The notes beneath the pieces are model-generated. The model had not been told where the DNA came from and searched no databases. It worked only from the letters and a program-made list of their open reading frames with translations. Positions 11,601 to 26,403 of a DNA stretch of 64,000 bases are shown piece after piece. Position 1 is the first letter of the stretch. Each line of letters begins with the position of its first letter. Source of the DNA: Octopus vulgaris (lineage: Eukaryota); NCBI GenBank assembly GCA_951406725.2, contig OX597817.1, positions 102,114,001 through 102,178,000 on the forward strand, read 5' to 3'. Position numbers and translations under genes: made by a program.

Positions 11601-14281
11601 CCAGCATAAAAGAGGCTATTCACTTTTGGCCCCATCGTATCTGAAGAGTTCTCAATATTGTTTAGTGGCAATATTCAGCACAAAACTGATAACATCCTGA
11701 TCAGTGATGTCATAACCAGTAATATATTGTTTGGTGACATAGAAATATATCTGTACATAGATACACATATATACACAGTACAGCATTGTCTTTTCACTAT
11801 TCCATGGTTCTTGTTATAATATTTAGGGCATGCTGCAAACTACAGCAATCTTTCTAAAAAAAGGGAAAATAGCAAACACACACCCCTATGCTTACAATAG
11901 ACTGTCAGTGTCTCAAATGAAAAAGCAATACATTATCATGATTTTTACTTAACATGAGAAATAGTCTAAGAACAATCTAATTAATGAATAAATGTTTTTA
12001 ATGCAATAATTAAGTATGATCAGTTTCTGATTCTAGTTGGGATTGAACCAAATTTCTATTTTGTTAGACACTTCAATTTCTTTATTTTAATATGAATAAG
12101 GAGCAATTAGAACAATTATAGTTAACCTCACTGTTGATAAATTCTCTTTGAATGATAAATAACTTGGGCGAGTAGATATTTTATTCAAGCATTTATTAGG
12201 AAAACATCTTAATTTCTGCTAAATAGTTTTTAACTTCTGAAACAGTGTTGCATTTCTGAATAATTAAAGGCTAAAGATGAACGAAGTTGAACTAATTATT
12301 CCCTACAATTTGAGCTATTTAAGAAAAACAGTAAAATTCTGCTAATCAAGTTTAGCCTTCACCAACTAATTGAAATTAAATAACTCTTCAGTGCTAATTT
12401 ACCAACACTTTAGTAATATGACATCATTAACACTAGTGAATGAAGAACAACTAAACTAGAGAAGAGTAAGCCAATATTGTTGATATCAAATATACTGTTG
12501 ATCTTTTAACAGAAGTTTCTTAAGTTGAATGCAAAACAGATATATATTTACCTATTTCACTTGCAGAGGAAGAAAAGAACAAGTGTGACGCCATGGATTG
12601 TATAAGTTAATGACTAGAAATGCATTCAATTATGGCTACAGTTAATTGAGAACTTTACAAATACATGAAAGACCAAAAAAAAAAAAAAAAAACATTAAAA
12701 AGAGAACAAAAGTCATTTCTTATAGTGTATGTTTTTTGTTCTCTAGTTTTGCTTTCACTTCCATTGTGGATATTTTTATTAGACAGGGCTACAAAGGGGG
12801 AAAATTTTTTAATTAGGTCATATATATAAATATTAAAGTTTTTTTTTTAAATAACAAAATATCAATATTCTAAGTAAGAGAGAGAGAGAGGGGGAGGAGG
12901 AAGATAGGGAAAACTAGACAGTGAAACAAGTTGAATACATATTTGTAATAAAAAAAATAGTGACAAACAATAATTATAATTTGAGAATTGTTTTTGTTAT
13001 AACAAATATTCTGTTATTGTTGAAGAGCTCACAGACACATGTTTTTCCTTTTCCAACTTCAATATGATTGATTATTCTTTAAGGCATTAAATAATCACAT
13101 TTTTTACAGTTCTTGTTCTAGTAAAAAGAAATTATCAATGAAAAGAATGAAATATAGTCTTTACACCTTATAACTTAATCAAATCCCACAGACCTTGGGG
13201 TATTTAATTGTGGTTGGATTTTAATTTTCAAGATTTCAATCAGCTCTGAACTTTAAAAATACCTTCACCATTTCAACAAACCTAGGATAGGTTATCAATT
13301 CTCTTGTAATCTCTAGGTTAGGGTATGTAATGTATTAAGCGTGCCAACAAGACTAATTCTAACAGATAAACAAAGAACAATTTTAAAACAGATTTTCTTA
13401 AAAATCTTTTCTTGGTTGAAAAATAAAAACTTATGATTGTCTAAAGGATTTTTTTAATGTCTGGGCTTTAAATTTAAGGTCCCTGCAGAAGCCAGCAGCT
13501 ATATCTTTAATATTTTAGTCAATTTAAAAATTCTTCATGTGAAGCCTGGATATGTACAAATCTGTAGGTTTAAAAAAATAAGACCAAAATTTGGCAGAAA
13601 TTTGAGTTTAGCCAAAATTTGATTTTTCAACAATTCTGTTTCAGCTATAGATGAAGTAATTTTAATACATCTAAGAAAGAAATTTTAACTTAATTACTGA
13701 GAGTAACAAATATGAAAATTCTTAATAAAACCCAGTGTTTATGATACAGAAATCGAGGCTAATACAGATTACTGACTGGTTAGAAAATTCTTAATACTAA
13801 CTTTTATGAAACCTACACAGGAACCCTATAGTCTGCTTTTATACATTTCCAGTATGATATAATAAAAATAAGGGTTGAAACCTCACAACAGGTTTTCAGT
13901 TAGGGATTAATTTTTCAAGCTCATGTTCCCTAAATCTTTACTTTAAAATATTTAGCTTTTCATTTGTTAAAAACACCTCTATGAACATATCTAATGTGTC
14001 CAGCCCATGCCAGCATGGAATAAAAGGCAACCTCCAGCAGAAGGGGGTGGGGAGAGCTAATATAAGCCTATCCTTTTAAAACAATTTACCAATCAATTAA
14101 AAAGTAAATTAAGTAAGAAGTACTATGTTTTACTGATGAGAATAACATAAATACTTGCATTTAAGTTTGACTCCATAACCATGTGATCGTAAATCTAGTA
14201 ATCTAATGCTTGTACATAACTAGATCTTTAATCTCTTGAAGGAATTACAACACCAGAATTTAAGTTACATATAAGTTAAAG

Positions 14282-14313
<32 letters not shown>

Positions 14314-14316
14314 ATG

Positions 14317-14367
<51 letters not shown>

Positions 14368-15599
14368 ACATATACATCAATATCATAGTTAGATCTCTAG
14401 TAGGTAAATAAAATAATGCTATACTGATTAATAATGGCTGATCTATTAGCTTGAATCAAAATCAAGTAGAAAGGTGCAGCTTTTCAGAAATAAATTAAAA
14501 CTCAAAACTATCTTTAAAAAAAAAAGACTATGTTTCATAAAAGATACTTGAGAAAAAGTCTCCATGTTTATTTTATTTTTTTTTAACTGTTGTACTGAGA
14601 ATTCATATCTTTCAGAGTGCTCAGCTGTGATTGAGTTATTTTCTTCTAAAGAGAAAATGAGTTAACTCAATTAATCTCAGACAAAACAAAGAATACAAAG
14701 ATTCTTCACCTGCAAACAGGAACAACACCAAAGCTTACAGAATGGTAGAAACAAGTGAAGCATTCCAATTCCAATATACTACATATCTCTGAGTTACACA
14801 AGAATTAAACAGTTTTCAAAAGATAGTATAGGAGGATTATATGTAAATCAAGGAAAGAAAAATAGATAAATAAATAAAACCTTTATTGTAGGGAGCAAGA
14901 GTTCTATACTTTTGACTGTTTATCAGAAAATGTGAACTAAAAAAAAAAAAGACATACCTGTAACTTTCTTTGACCAGCAATGAAAATATCATATAATGTC
15001 CAATTTATATAAAACACAATCATACTATATAAGCTGTTAAAGAGGTTTAGAATATAATGAAATGAATCTAAAAACAATAAAGAAAATATTCTGTAACAGA
15101 CTTTACAACTATTGGAGATATAAAATATTTTACATGTATTTTTTAAAAATAAAAATAGTAATAGTAACAATGCAATTTTTTTGATGTTCATAGTGCCAGC
15201 ATACAATTGTAGAGAGAGAGAATTTCTTTTTGTGGACAGAATGCTAGTTTATGGCAGGTCACTCTCCAAGAAAGCCTGTTAATCACTTTCCAGCTGGGCA
15301 AACACACAAAAATACAAAGGGCATTCAATGGATGCATGTCCCCAAAGCCAGAATTTTTTATGTACTTTTAAACACCATACACACAAATAGTGATTTCCAA
15401 TACCATCACATGATACAAGAAGTGAAGAAATCATTGTAGTCAATAGTTAATGGTTTACTAGACATTGTTGCGGTGTCTTTAAGTTTTAGCTTAAATAAAA
15501 ATGCTTTAATTCCTTAAACAAATATATGGGCAATAAATAAATAAATACTCCCACATTTTTGTTTTTGTGATGATAACATTATTAAAAAGTAACAGTAAG

Positions 15600-15678
<79 letters not shown>

Positions 15679-15899
15679 GGAATATAAGCACATGCAGAAC
15701 CAAATCTTGAAAATTTAGAAATGAAAAGAAAATAACCCATGTGAATAAAGTGAAAGGAAAATGTATGTCGATTTGTCTATAAGAAAATTAGATAACTGTC
15801 TATATAGAAATGGAAAATGCAATCTTATTTTTCTTGCAGATTCTATTTCAACTCGAAAATTCAAACTGACAAAACTTGAAGTTTTCATAAACTTAACTC

Positions 15900-15930
<31 letters not shown>

Positions 15931-17721
15931 AGCAGGGAGGGAATATGAAAAAATGAAAGAAACTAAAATTGAATTCCTAACCAATATTACTTGGCTTACA
16001 TTTCAATTTTTTAAAATATATTTTTTAATTGAAATTCTATTTGAGTTTGAATTTCAACAGACAGAAGCTTTCTGATTATGGTTTATGAAAACATTTTAAG
16101 TATTATTTTTCAATTTGAAATTTAAAATTGTGAAGGAGAATGGATTCTTTGACCTGAAATTCATCTAGAGATAGAAAACAAATAGAACACAAGCATACAC
16201 GAAACATTTGAGTATGCATATAGTTCTAAGTAAAAAGTATTTAAGAAAATAGAAAGTAAAGAGTACAAATGATTAGAATTTGTAATTCCTTCAAGTGGTT
16301 AACTTCAGTTTACTAGTGAAACTACAAGTATTTAAAACAATCCAATAAATAAATTAAAAAACAAATACTTAATTTGTTCTCATTTGGATTAAAAGTAATG
16401 CATCCAAATAAAAAATGTGTTTTGTGTCTCTAAATTTGTTACAAATATATTTACACATATAGACACGTAAACATGTGTTTGTGTATGTGTGTATATATAT
16501 ATATATATATGCATGTGCATATGTGTGTGCATATATATACATACATGCAAATACATGCACACATACCTATATATATATATATAATATATACACACACACA
16601 TATACATATAAATTTATATACACACGCTCTCTCTCTCACACACGATTGTGTTTTTCTAGTTTTTCAATTTTGCCATCGCCAATGTTACAAAAAAAAAGAA
16701 AAAAATTCTATAAAGAAGAAAAACAAGGGGAGAAATTTACAAACAACAATTTGTCAGAAAACATCGAACAATCAATGATTCTCTTATTTCATTTTGGCTT
16801 TTACTAGTTAAAACACTGTGCCAAAACTTTCCAAGAATTTATACATATATTATTTTTCTTCTTTTTTTTTCAGTTTTCCAAGAGAAAAACAAAAATGCAA
16901 AGAAATTACCAGGTTAACTATTGTTCCATGGTCATTTGTTAGCCTCTTTCTTCAACCTTGACACACATTTTGTTCTGTACATAACCAACAGCTCAAAATC
17001 AGGCATTTAACTTAAAATATATACATACATACATACATACACGCACACATACACACATGAACATCCATTGACAGGTATATATGCATGTGTATATGCAACT
17101 GTTCATTCTTTAATGTTTGTTTGACTGAATGAGCCAGCAAAATTTGGAATTTGCATCTTTTCTTAGACAAGTGATTTTTTTTCTTTTTTAAGACTGGTAA
17201 CTCCATTTTTAACACCAACCACTTTAAGTGGGACTAGTATCTATATTTTTCTTTTTTTTTTGTGTCAGCTAAATTTGACATAGCTGAGGCAAGTTGAGTA
17301 AGGTTCCTTGCTGAAGGATATAATGTCTGTGGTATGGATTATATTTTTAACCATGTCTTATCAATCTGGCCATCAGTTCAGCTTCCTAACCACATAGCTA
17401 TCATGCCTCTTTAGCCATTCTTAGCTTAAAAAAAATTAAAAAAGAATATAGAGGAAAAAATTTTTTTCTGTTTAAATCTTATGCCATTTCCTTTTTATAA
17501 TACTGTCTCTTCTGAGTTGAAATATGTGATGTGGTCAACCCAGAGTGGAGGATAAAACAAATGCTAGACAGAAATGAATGCAAGTTATATCATACAACAA
17601 AGTATGTTGGAGTGTGCGTGTGTGTGTGTATGTGGAGAAAGTATGGATGGGGTTGTGTTGGAATAGAGTCAAGAGAAAAGAAACCAACTTTTTAAAAGAT
17701 GGTGAAATTAGAAGAGATAAT

Positions 17722-18251
17722 TTATAGCCGTTCCCCAGATTTTGTATCTTGTTTAGTATCTGAGGAATATCTAAGCTTTTCTTTTTCTTTACTAACATCA
17801 TTCGTGTCTTTCAATGTCTGCTCATTTTCAACTGGTATGTTGCTGGATTCCTTGCTCATTTCTGGAATATCATTGTTTCTTTTGATAGACTTATCTTTAT
17901 GTCTTTTCTTGTGTTCTTTATCACGATTCTCTGAGCTGCTTTCCTCAAACTGATTCTTCTTATTGGCAACAGCATCAGCATTCTCAATATAATCATCATC
18001 AAAGTCTTCCTCAAAACTGTCCACTTCTGTATCAGGGCAACGGAGACATCGTGGTTCATTAAGACCATATCCAGGACATGTATTGCCCACACACTGACAA
18101 CAACCATAATCATGAAACCATCGATATCGAGCTGCTCCCATTGACTTGCATGAAGCTTTACATTTACGTATGGAAGTGCACTGAGACATAAATGCTACTG
18201 TACAGTTCACCATATCAACCTTCTGAGTCATCTCGACAGAATGAGGACTAC
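17722..18251 (-). CDS. tsg: Twisted gastrulation homolog, last coding exon (C-terminal Cys-rich domain plus charged tail)
   Basis: Acceptor ttttattttgcag precedes 18251, phase 1. NCTVAFMSQCTSIRKCKASCKSMGAARYRWFHDYGCCQCVGNTCPGYGLNEPRCLRCP matches the Tsg C-domain signature SCxSMGAxxYRWFHxxCCxC with 10 Cys. Stop codon at 17724-17722. Confidence 0.95.
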
Positions 18252-21200
18252 CTGCAAAATAAAATCACATATATTAAGGTTTAGGAATATCACAGAAATT
18301 AAAGATAACAAAAGAAATCTGTAGATATCTTAACTATTTTGCAAAACTGCAATGCATACCATTGACTAGTATCTCACCGTTACTGAAGCAAAGTGTTCTA
18401 AAGTTAAAATATAATAAAGTTGTCTTCTATTCAATTGCTTAAAAAGAAACACTAAGAATGAAAATTTCATTGATGTTCTTAATCATCTATTAAATTTGTT
18501 TAACAACCCACTAAGTGCGTTGTTATTTAATGGATCCCAAATGGATAGAGACGCAAGACCACTCATGCTACATCCTTAACCATTGACTATCAACTTCACT
18601 CCAAGATCGAACAGTTAGCATTGGAAAGAAAAGGATATTGAGCTATAATATACTTGTAACTACTTGATTCTGCAAAAGTATTCAGTATTACTCCATTAAT
18701 GAAATTCTTTATTCGTAAGAAGAAATAATATATTGGTGTCATCACAAGTCAGACTTGTTGATAAAACTGAGATTTCAATTCAAACATAGTGATAAGCAGA
18801 CAAATGTTTAATCTTTTAATGAATAAACTACCAAGTAACAAACCTATGAAAACTTGGAACAACTGAGGAATGTAGAATAAGTTTTCTGCCCAAGATGCAT
18901 GCTGTGAAAGCAAAACTCATGATTTACAATCTGGCAGTTCAATACATTATAATCATAGCCCTTTACCTCCATCAATATTATGTATGCTACTTTATATTCT
19001 TGTGTATGAAAGGAATAGCAAAAAGAAGAGTATACTGAAAGCCTTGACAGATATCCATGAAGAAAAATTGTCCCATTCAAGAGAAAACCATCTTAATAAT
19101 TGTATGTTAAACTGATGACTGATGAATATTAGTTGAACATCTAAGTTAAAAGCTTGATACTGTAATGGTTAAGCAAAAAGGCTTTTTAAAAATTCAGACA
19201 AGTACAGTGTATATATTTGTGGTCAAATTATCATGAAAATTGGCACTATCACAGAAAAGGTTTAATATTTTTAATGTAAATAGTAATTTGTGCTAACGAT
19301 AATGTTGTGCATATATGGTTGTTAATTTACTACATAATAGAAACTATAAAAGACATATACACCCAAATAAAATGGTAAAAAGAAAGATGTTAGTAATAAA
19401 TATTAAATGCAGTTAATAAGACACGGATATATAAACATCACAAACAAAAAGTGAAAAAAATTTTTTCCTTGACCTTTTTGTAGCATTTTCATTATGATAT
19501 TTACAGACCAGTTACACCCTTCAAAAACAGCTAGGTATGTATGAAAGTTAAAATAAAAAACAAAAAATCTCCAGAAATAAATTGCAAATATTCAGCAACA
19601 CATGCACTGAATTTAATAGTGAACATTATAGAAAGTAAATAAATGCTAGAGGAAGGGATTCAAGTTTTCTTACTTAGATTAGTAAGTTCATAACTTCCTT
19701 TAAAACAAATGTCACTGAGAGTGTTTTGATTCAGGCAGTTTCAAGTGGTATAGGACTGATAGATACATGAAGTGTTGTACAGAATGTAAAGAAATATGCC
19801 CTTTATATAGAAAGCAAAATATGTTATACTTTTAGACAGTTTATACAAGATGCCAAATTATGAGAAGGAACTCAATATGCTGATAGGTTATTAGTGCATA
19901 AGTTATAACTGGTAAAAACATTCTCATTTAGAATAAACATTTAAAAACTACTTTGGTCCTAAAATCTTTCAATTATTTAGTGTTGTAAACTTTAACTGGG
20001 CACTGTGAGAGTTAAAAATTTCTGATCTTCAGCATGAAGTTGCTCAAATGGAACTATTTTGGGATTTGGGTATTAGCTTAACAGAAATAGCCTGTTACAG
20101 CAAAGGCATTTTTCTGGGGCATGCTCCCCACCCCCTACCTACTCTATCCCCTCTCATCTCCACCTCACACATCTGGTTGCAGTTAATTTGCCAAAGTTTA
20201 TAAGTATACATTTAATGTGTCAAATACAAACCTCTTCTTTAGCTATAAGTATAAATAAATTAACTTTGCTTGCTCTGTTGCTATAAAGGATTAGAACAAC
20301 AGTTATGCATGCATCAATGGAATATGTCTTTGTTTGCGTCAATGGAATATTTCTTTGTTTCTAAATAAATCATACTGATGAAAAACTAACCAATACACAT
20401 TCACTATTTGAGAAAATTCTGAAGTATACATTTTAAATGTTTGTGAAAAAATTTCCTATTTGCCCTCCATTAAATGTGATACTTGATCATTCCCCCTTCT
20501 GTCTAATACCAACTTGTTTTAGAATATGAAGAATGTTTCAGAAAACATGAAAAGAATTATAGAAATGATACAGCAATATTTTAGGAGATGAGAATTTCAG
20601 AGAACTACTCTCTAAACCAAAATATACCAAAAAATTCTTAAGCTGTTTCAATTATAGAAGCGTTTGAGAATTAATCTATCTGCTCGTTGTGGAGGAAGGT
20701 TGAAACAAACAAATTAGAAAGAAAGAAAGAAAATTAAATCTAACAAAAATCTCAGAAGCATCAATAGTTCTATCTAATACTTTCTTCTAGTTATCTCTAT
20801 GCAATATTGTCCTTCCTATATTTTTTTTACCTTCATTCATTTTCCACTTCTTAACTGCTTTGGTAGCAAATGATAACATATTAGTTTTGCAAAGTTTAGC
20901 CAAAATAACTGGGTCTGTTGTGACTCAGTGGTAATTTTTGAGCAAACCTACACCTATACAGCACATAGTTATGATTCACAAATCTAACCACTCCAGATAT
21001 ACAATACTTGTGCTTGATTGATGATCCCACTCTGACATATAGGTGGTTTATCAAATGGTTTGCAATATAGTATGTAGATATGTTATGTCTCTGCTATTGA
21101 TCCTGTAGGTCCTGATGGCAACCACAGTGAAGGCACAGGAGTTGATTCTGATCAAGATCTCTTCTACATTTATGTCTGGTGGTTCATCACGATCTCTTCT

Positions 21201-21749
21201 GCATTTGTATCTGGTGGTTTGCATTCTATGTGTCAGGGCATTTGAGGATAAAAAGCATGCAGAAGCAGAATTTGTGTGGATTGGAGATTGCCATAGCTAA
21301 AAAGCATGTCCATACATGTCTAGATCATCTATTTATAAGTAATTTTGTTTCATGGTTGGTCTGAGAAGTGTGGTCAGTGTGCAAGGTACAAAATGAACCA
21401 TTTTGTGTTCTTTGTAGTTTGTTATTTACTGTAGAGAGATTGTAGGTTCAGGTATAAACCATGATGGCTATAAGATAATATCAAAGAAATGATTTACTAT
21501 AATTAACAAAAGACCGCTATCAAACCTGGATCACATATCAAAAGTTGCAAAAGTGTATGAGGGCAGCCTGGGGGGGAGAGAGAGACTATAACAGAATATA
21601 GTCAATGGGATATATACATATATACAACACACTCATACGTACATATGTATGTAAACTAGTTTTGTTGTTTCTTTGTTATATATATATGTATGTTATATAT
21701 ATGTATGTAAACTAGTTTTGTTATTGCTTCAGTATAATTGTGTACCATT

Positions 21750-22055
21750 TTGGTGTGAGTGACTGTGGCTTTAAATTGGTTGATCAGCTCCTTATTTCGC
21801 CTCATCTGACTATTATCTATTCCCTAATATGAAAAAACACTTGGCTAGGAACCAGTATCACAGGGACAATGACGTTATATCTGCAATTGATGACTTTTTT
21901 TATCTACAAGTTGAAAGCTTCTTCACCAATGGGATGTAAGTACTGCAACAACAATGGAAGAAGTGTGTGAACTGCAAAGGGGACTATACTGAAAAATAAT
22001 CTTCATTTGGTCACATTCCATAAGAATATCTTGTCAGCTATGAACTTTTCATATA
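21750..22055 (+). mobile_element. Mariner transposase 3' fragment
   Basis: SDYYLFPNMKKHLARNQYHRDNDVISAIDDFF...QQWKKCVNCKGDYTEK, followed by a TIR-like TATGAACTTTTC. Confidence 0.75.
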
Positions 22056-22299
22056 ATGCTTAAAATTACGGTAGCTCTCAGTTTTCCATCAGTTGGTTAT
22101 ATAAGTTGAAAAGTTAATCTTTTCATGAATTGAGTATCAATACCATCATACTCAACATAAACAAACAACACACAACAGAAGACAAAAATACTAAGAGTTA
22201 TTTATATACAACATTTCTATAATATTCACAGAACAAATAGAAGAAATAGTAAAAAAAGCCAAATGATGCACAAACACACATGTTTGACTAACAGAAAGA

Positions 22300-24035
22300 A
22301 ATAACAGGATTTAATGTACAAATGATATAGTAGATCCATCATTAACTCAGGTAGCTTGGGTCTTCTGTCTCTACATGACAAACACCAATTAACTACAAAG
22401 GTCACAAAACAGCGAACTTCACATGATCACAGCTTGTACACAGACTTTGTATACAGACCACACCTACAGATCACCTGCACAATGATATGAAAAGAAAAAC
22501 TGAAAGACTAGTTGGACATGTGAGGTACATTGTTTACTCTAGCAAACTCCAGCCCTCACATTCCTGGTAACTAAATGAAAAAATCCCCACACAAGACTAA
22601 GACATATATAAAGCAGCCTAGATCACTACTACAACTGCAGCTAAAGGACACTATTTTCCATTCAACCCAAACAAATATAAAAACTCATAGACACAGGAAT
22701 AGATATAGTCTCAAAGCCTTCACTAGCCCCAAACACTATGCTGCAGTAATGTATAAACAATGAATACAGAAGAGCAACTATCATGCTCAAACCAGATACA
22801 TCTTGCTTACTTCTATAGCCTGCACTCATGCAGTCAACTACTGCATTTTGGAGTGTGCACATAACTCATACTTGTATATACTAAATGGTGAAATATCATA
22901 AACAAAAACAAAAAAAAATACAAAGATCCCACACCAATGCAAAACATGTAATGTACAAACAATTCTACACCAGAGGAGATAACATTGCACACATCTCATG
23001 AACATAGAGAGATACAGTTGGTGGTGCAGTAGAACTGGTGATGATAATGATGGTGAATAAAATCATATGAGTCATAATGGAACCCTACAACATTATACAC
23101 TGTTCCTCCACACCAATATCTACTTAGATACAGTTTGTATCCTATATGCAAGACAATTCAGCAGCACAACACAGCACACTCAGTATACTCTCTGCACACA
23201 ACACATACATTACATAATAACAACAAATAAATTAACACAGCTTACCCAGAACATACTATATAAGATTAACTCCCACCAAAACAATGCACCACACACTCCT
23301 CTATAACCAATATCCGGCATTATAATACATATAATTCTACACAGCTGCAAACCATTAATGCCATGCAAACCACATACCACATGCTAAACACCACCACCAT
23401 TTCAAAACAAAAAATATAAATCGTCAATTACACAGCACATACAAAACATATTCACCACCCAACAATATAGTACAAGAGATGCTACACATTAAACAACAGA
23501 GGAAACACCAAACTGGCATTTCCAGAAACTCATCTCCAATTGCAGTGGTTCTCAACTGGGGTCCCTATGGGGGTTCATATATAGATTTTGTTGTTAAAAT
23601 TTATGTGCAATAACTAGGTTATACTTCTACAATACATAAAATATATAAAAAAAATTTTTAATACAATTCCTCTTAATATTTCCTCATAAAAATCTAATAG
23701 GATTTTTTAAAACATAGAATAGCTTTGTGGGTCCACCCGAGTGAAATAGGAATCAAAGGGGTCCATAGGCAAAAAATAGTTGAAAAACATTGCCATATAG
23801 CAAAGCAAACACAGTAAACCAACACAAATCTACATCTGTCAAAATAATAGTGCAAATACCTCAGGAATATGAAAGTGTACTTGGTTATGCAGTAGGAACT
23901 TGCATGAAACTGTCAGCATGAAATTAATAACAATCCATACAAACAAGATAAAGGCTCACTTACTGGATATTTTTGTCTAGGATAACCAAAGAAGGAAGAG
24001 CCTCCTGACTGAAATATCAGTCCCAACAGATAATA
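22300..24035 (+). mobile_element. Heavily decayed Penelope-like element (possible)
   Basis: Weak RT-like fragment LLQLQLKDTIF, a QDKGSL end motif, and a degenerate hammerhead-like AAGAAGG...CTGAAATATCAGT near 23990-24021. Confidence 0.3.
23543..23792. mobile_element. hAT/Charlie-like MITE
   Basis: TIRs CAGTGGTTCTCAAC ... GTTGAAAAACATTG (degenerate right end). Confidence 0.65.
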
Positions 24036-24351
24036 ATGTGTCTCTTAATGAAAAAACAGAAATTATACTAATATAAAGTAGAACTGAAAACAAACAATTC
24101 CTATGATAACAGGTGTCCCATGAATGATTAAAACTATATAGACAAATATATGACCAGAACCTTATGATCTATAGATACAACACAACTCACAGAAAATAGC
24201 ACTAATAGACAAACACTTCATGCATATGATGAAAAGTACTGCCAATACATTAGAAAATGCATAACCAAACTAATTGAATTACTCAGGATGCATAGAGCAA
24301 TACTTGGTACAACAGTAAATGCACACAACAGAAATGAACAACTGAATAATA

Positions 24352-24568
24352 ATTCTTTCTAATTTCAGTACAAGGTCAGTAATTTTAAGGGGAGGGGTTA
24401 GTTGATTACATTGACCCCCCCAATACTCAACTGGTACTTATTTTATTGAAACTCGAAAGGATGAAAGGCAAAGTCAACCTTGGTGGAATTTGAACTCAGA
24501 ACATAAAGACATGCCTCAAGAAGAAATGCCTCTTAACATGCTAATGGTTCTACCAGTTTGCTGGCTTT
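24352..24568 (-). mobile_element. tRNA-derived SINE (2741 family)
   Basis: CTGGTACTTATTTTATTGA...GAAAGGATGAAAGGCAAAGTCAACCTTGGTGGAATTTGAACTCAGAAC. Confidence 0.8.
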
Positions 24569-24595
24569 ATTATTATTATTTTTTATTATTATTAT

Positions 24596-24688
<93 letters not shown>
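24567..24688. repeat. (TTA)n/(TAA)n microsatellite
   Basis: Directly visible; about 30 TAA units. Confidence 0.95.
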
Positions 24689-25210
24689 CAGGCACTGGTA
24701 CAGTACGAGGCACTGGCTCTCATTTCTTCTGATCTTAACTGATTGGAAGTGTTATTATGTACATGCTTTAGAGCAAATATCTTGCTCAATACCACAGATT
24801 TGCTTGTCACTTGTTTGATCAGTTGAGCATGTCCTGTGGTGGCTGATAATATGTGCATCTCTGATCACAAGCAAAAGTAGTATGAGAGCATAATAGCCAT
24901 GTGTTGGAGAGGAATTCTTTGGGGCTTGAATAATTCACCTCCAGAAATACGAGTATTTCGTTCAACACCCTTAAACAACCCTTATTCAGGAACCTTTTGA
25001 GTGGGATGGGCTACTTGAACTGAAGAAAATTCTAACTGGGCGCCACCTGCAAGGTCATGCACTATTTATCTTGATATGAGATCAGCATGGTTGTGATGCA
25101 TGTGCCTGATGTGCTCTTATCAAATGGTTAGTCATAATGGGTATACTGAGCTTTGTATATTTTACTCCAGTGTCACTTTGATGGCATGCACTGCTCCCTC
25201 ACTCAATAAT
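24689..25210 (+). mobile_element. Interspersed repeat of undetermined class ending in (AAT)n
   Basis: Compositionally distinct ~520-bp block between AAT tracts, ending CTCACTCAATAATAAT. It is retroposon-like, with no coding homology recognised. Confidence 0.4.
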
Positions 25211-25211
25211 A

Positions 25212-25565
25212 ATCCTTTCTAGTAATGGCACAAGGCCAGAAATTTGGTGGAGAGGGATAGTTGATTACATCAATCCCAGTGTTTCACTGGTACTTAAATT
25301 ATTGACCATGAAAGGCAAAGTCGACCTCAGCGGAATTTGAATTCAGAATGTAATCTTTTCTATTCTAGGCACAAGGCCCAAATTTTGGGGGAGGGAGGCA
25401 GTAAATTAGATCGACCTCATTATGCAACTGGTACTTAATTTATCGACTCCAAAAGGATGAGAGGTAAAGTCGACCTCAGCAGAATTTGAACTCAGAACGT
25501 AAAGACATGAAATACCGCTAAGTATTTTACCTGGTGTGCTAATGTTTCTGCAAGCTCACTGCCTT
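25212..25565 (-). mobile_element. Two tandem partial SINE copies (2741 family)
   Basis: AAAGTCGACCTCAGCGGAATTTGAA occurs twice, each with a GGCACAAGGCC tail. Confidence 0.8.
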
Positions 25566-26403
25566 AATAATAATAAAACTTTATCATTGGATATGATAAA
25601 AATTATGACTTCTCAGATCTAACTGAGCTATAAGGTCTGGTCCAAGCCAGATCCTAAGAACCTTAATCAAGCCTGCAGTCTATAGACAGAAATCACACCT
25701 GGCTGGTATGGAATTTACTTCTCCAGATACTGAGTTGCAAGCCTACCATCTTGTAAGTGTTCATCCTCTGCAGCAATGGCTCCAAAACAAAAACATACCA
25801 CAGAAAGAAATAATAATAAAAAAGATAAAAATAACAACAGTAACAGACTCAAAAATTCAAATTTTGAGGGAAGTGCCTAGTCAATTATATCAGTTCTAGG
25901 GCTTAAAATGTACTTATTTTATTGATGATATTCTGCAAGTATAATATTTTTACATATACACATAAATATTTTATTTATATCGGAGGTTTACAATATTCTT
26001 ATTTTTCCAAACCCAGACCCATAGGGCATTTATATATATATATGTCCATACCCATTACTTAGAAATGTTAAAATTCATTACTACTGGGGAAAAACAACAG
26101 AGTATCTACCTAAGAGTTAATGTCAGATCATAGCGAACTATGATATTTCATTGATTCTTGGGAGAATGCGTTGAAGCACTTTCTTGTGTTCATACTGTAA
26201 ACACATGTGTGTCTATGAATGTGAAAAAGTGAGAAAGAGAGACCTGTAAAGCACAGAAAATTGTAATCAAAGCCTTATCATTACTAGTAACCTGATGACA
26301 TTATTTAATATTTTTACTTAAGAAAATAGGATCAGCACCCATTGAAAGAACAAAAATCATTACAGAAGTCACTGTAACTATTCTAATGAAAAGAATTACT
26401 TAC

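Noticed and set aside
24558-24818. Poly-Ile ORF and TTA/TAA quasi-palindrome
   Set aside because: Microsatellite translation; the palindrome arises where repeat tails meet.
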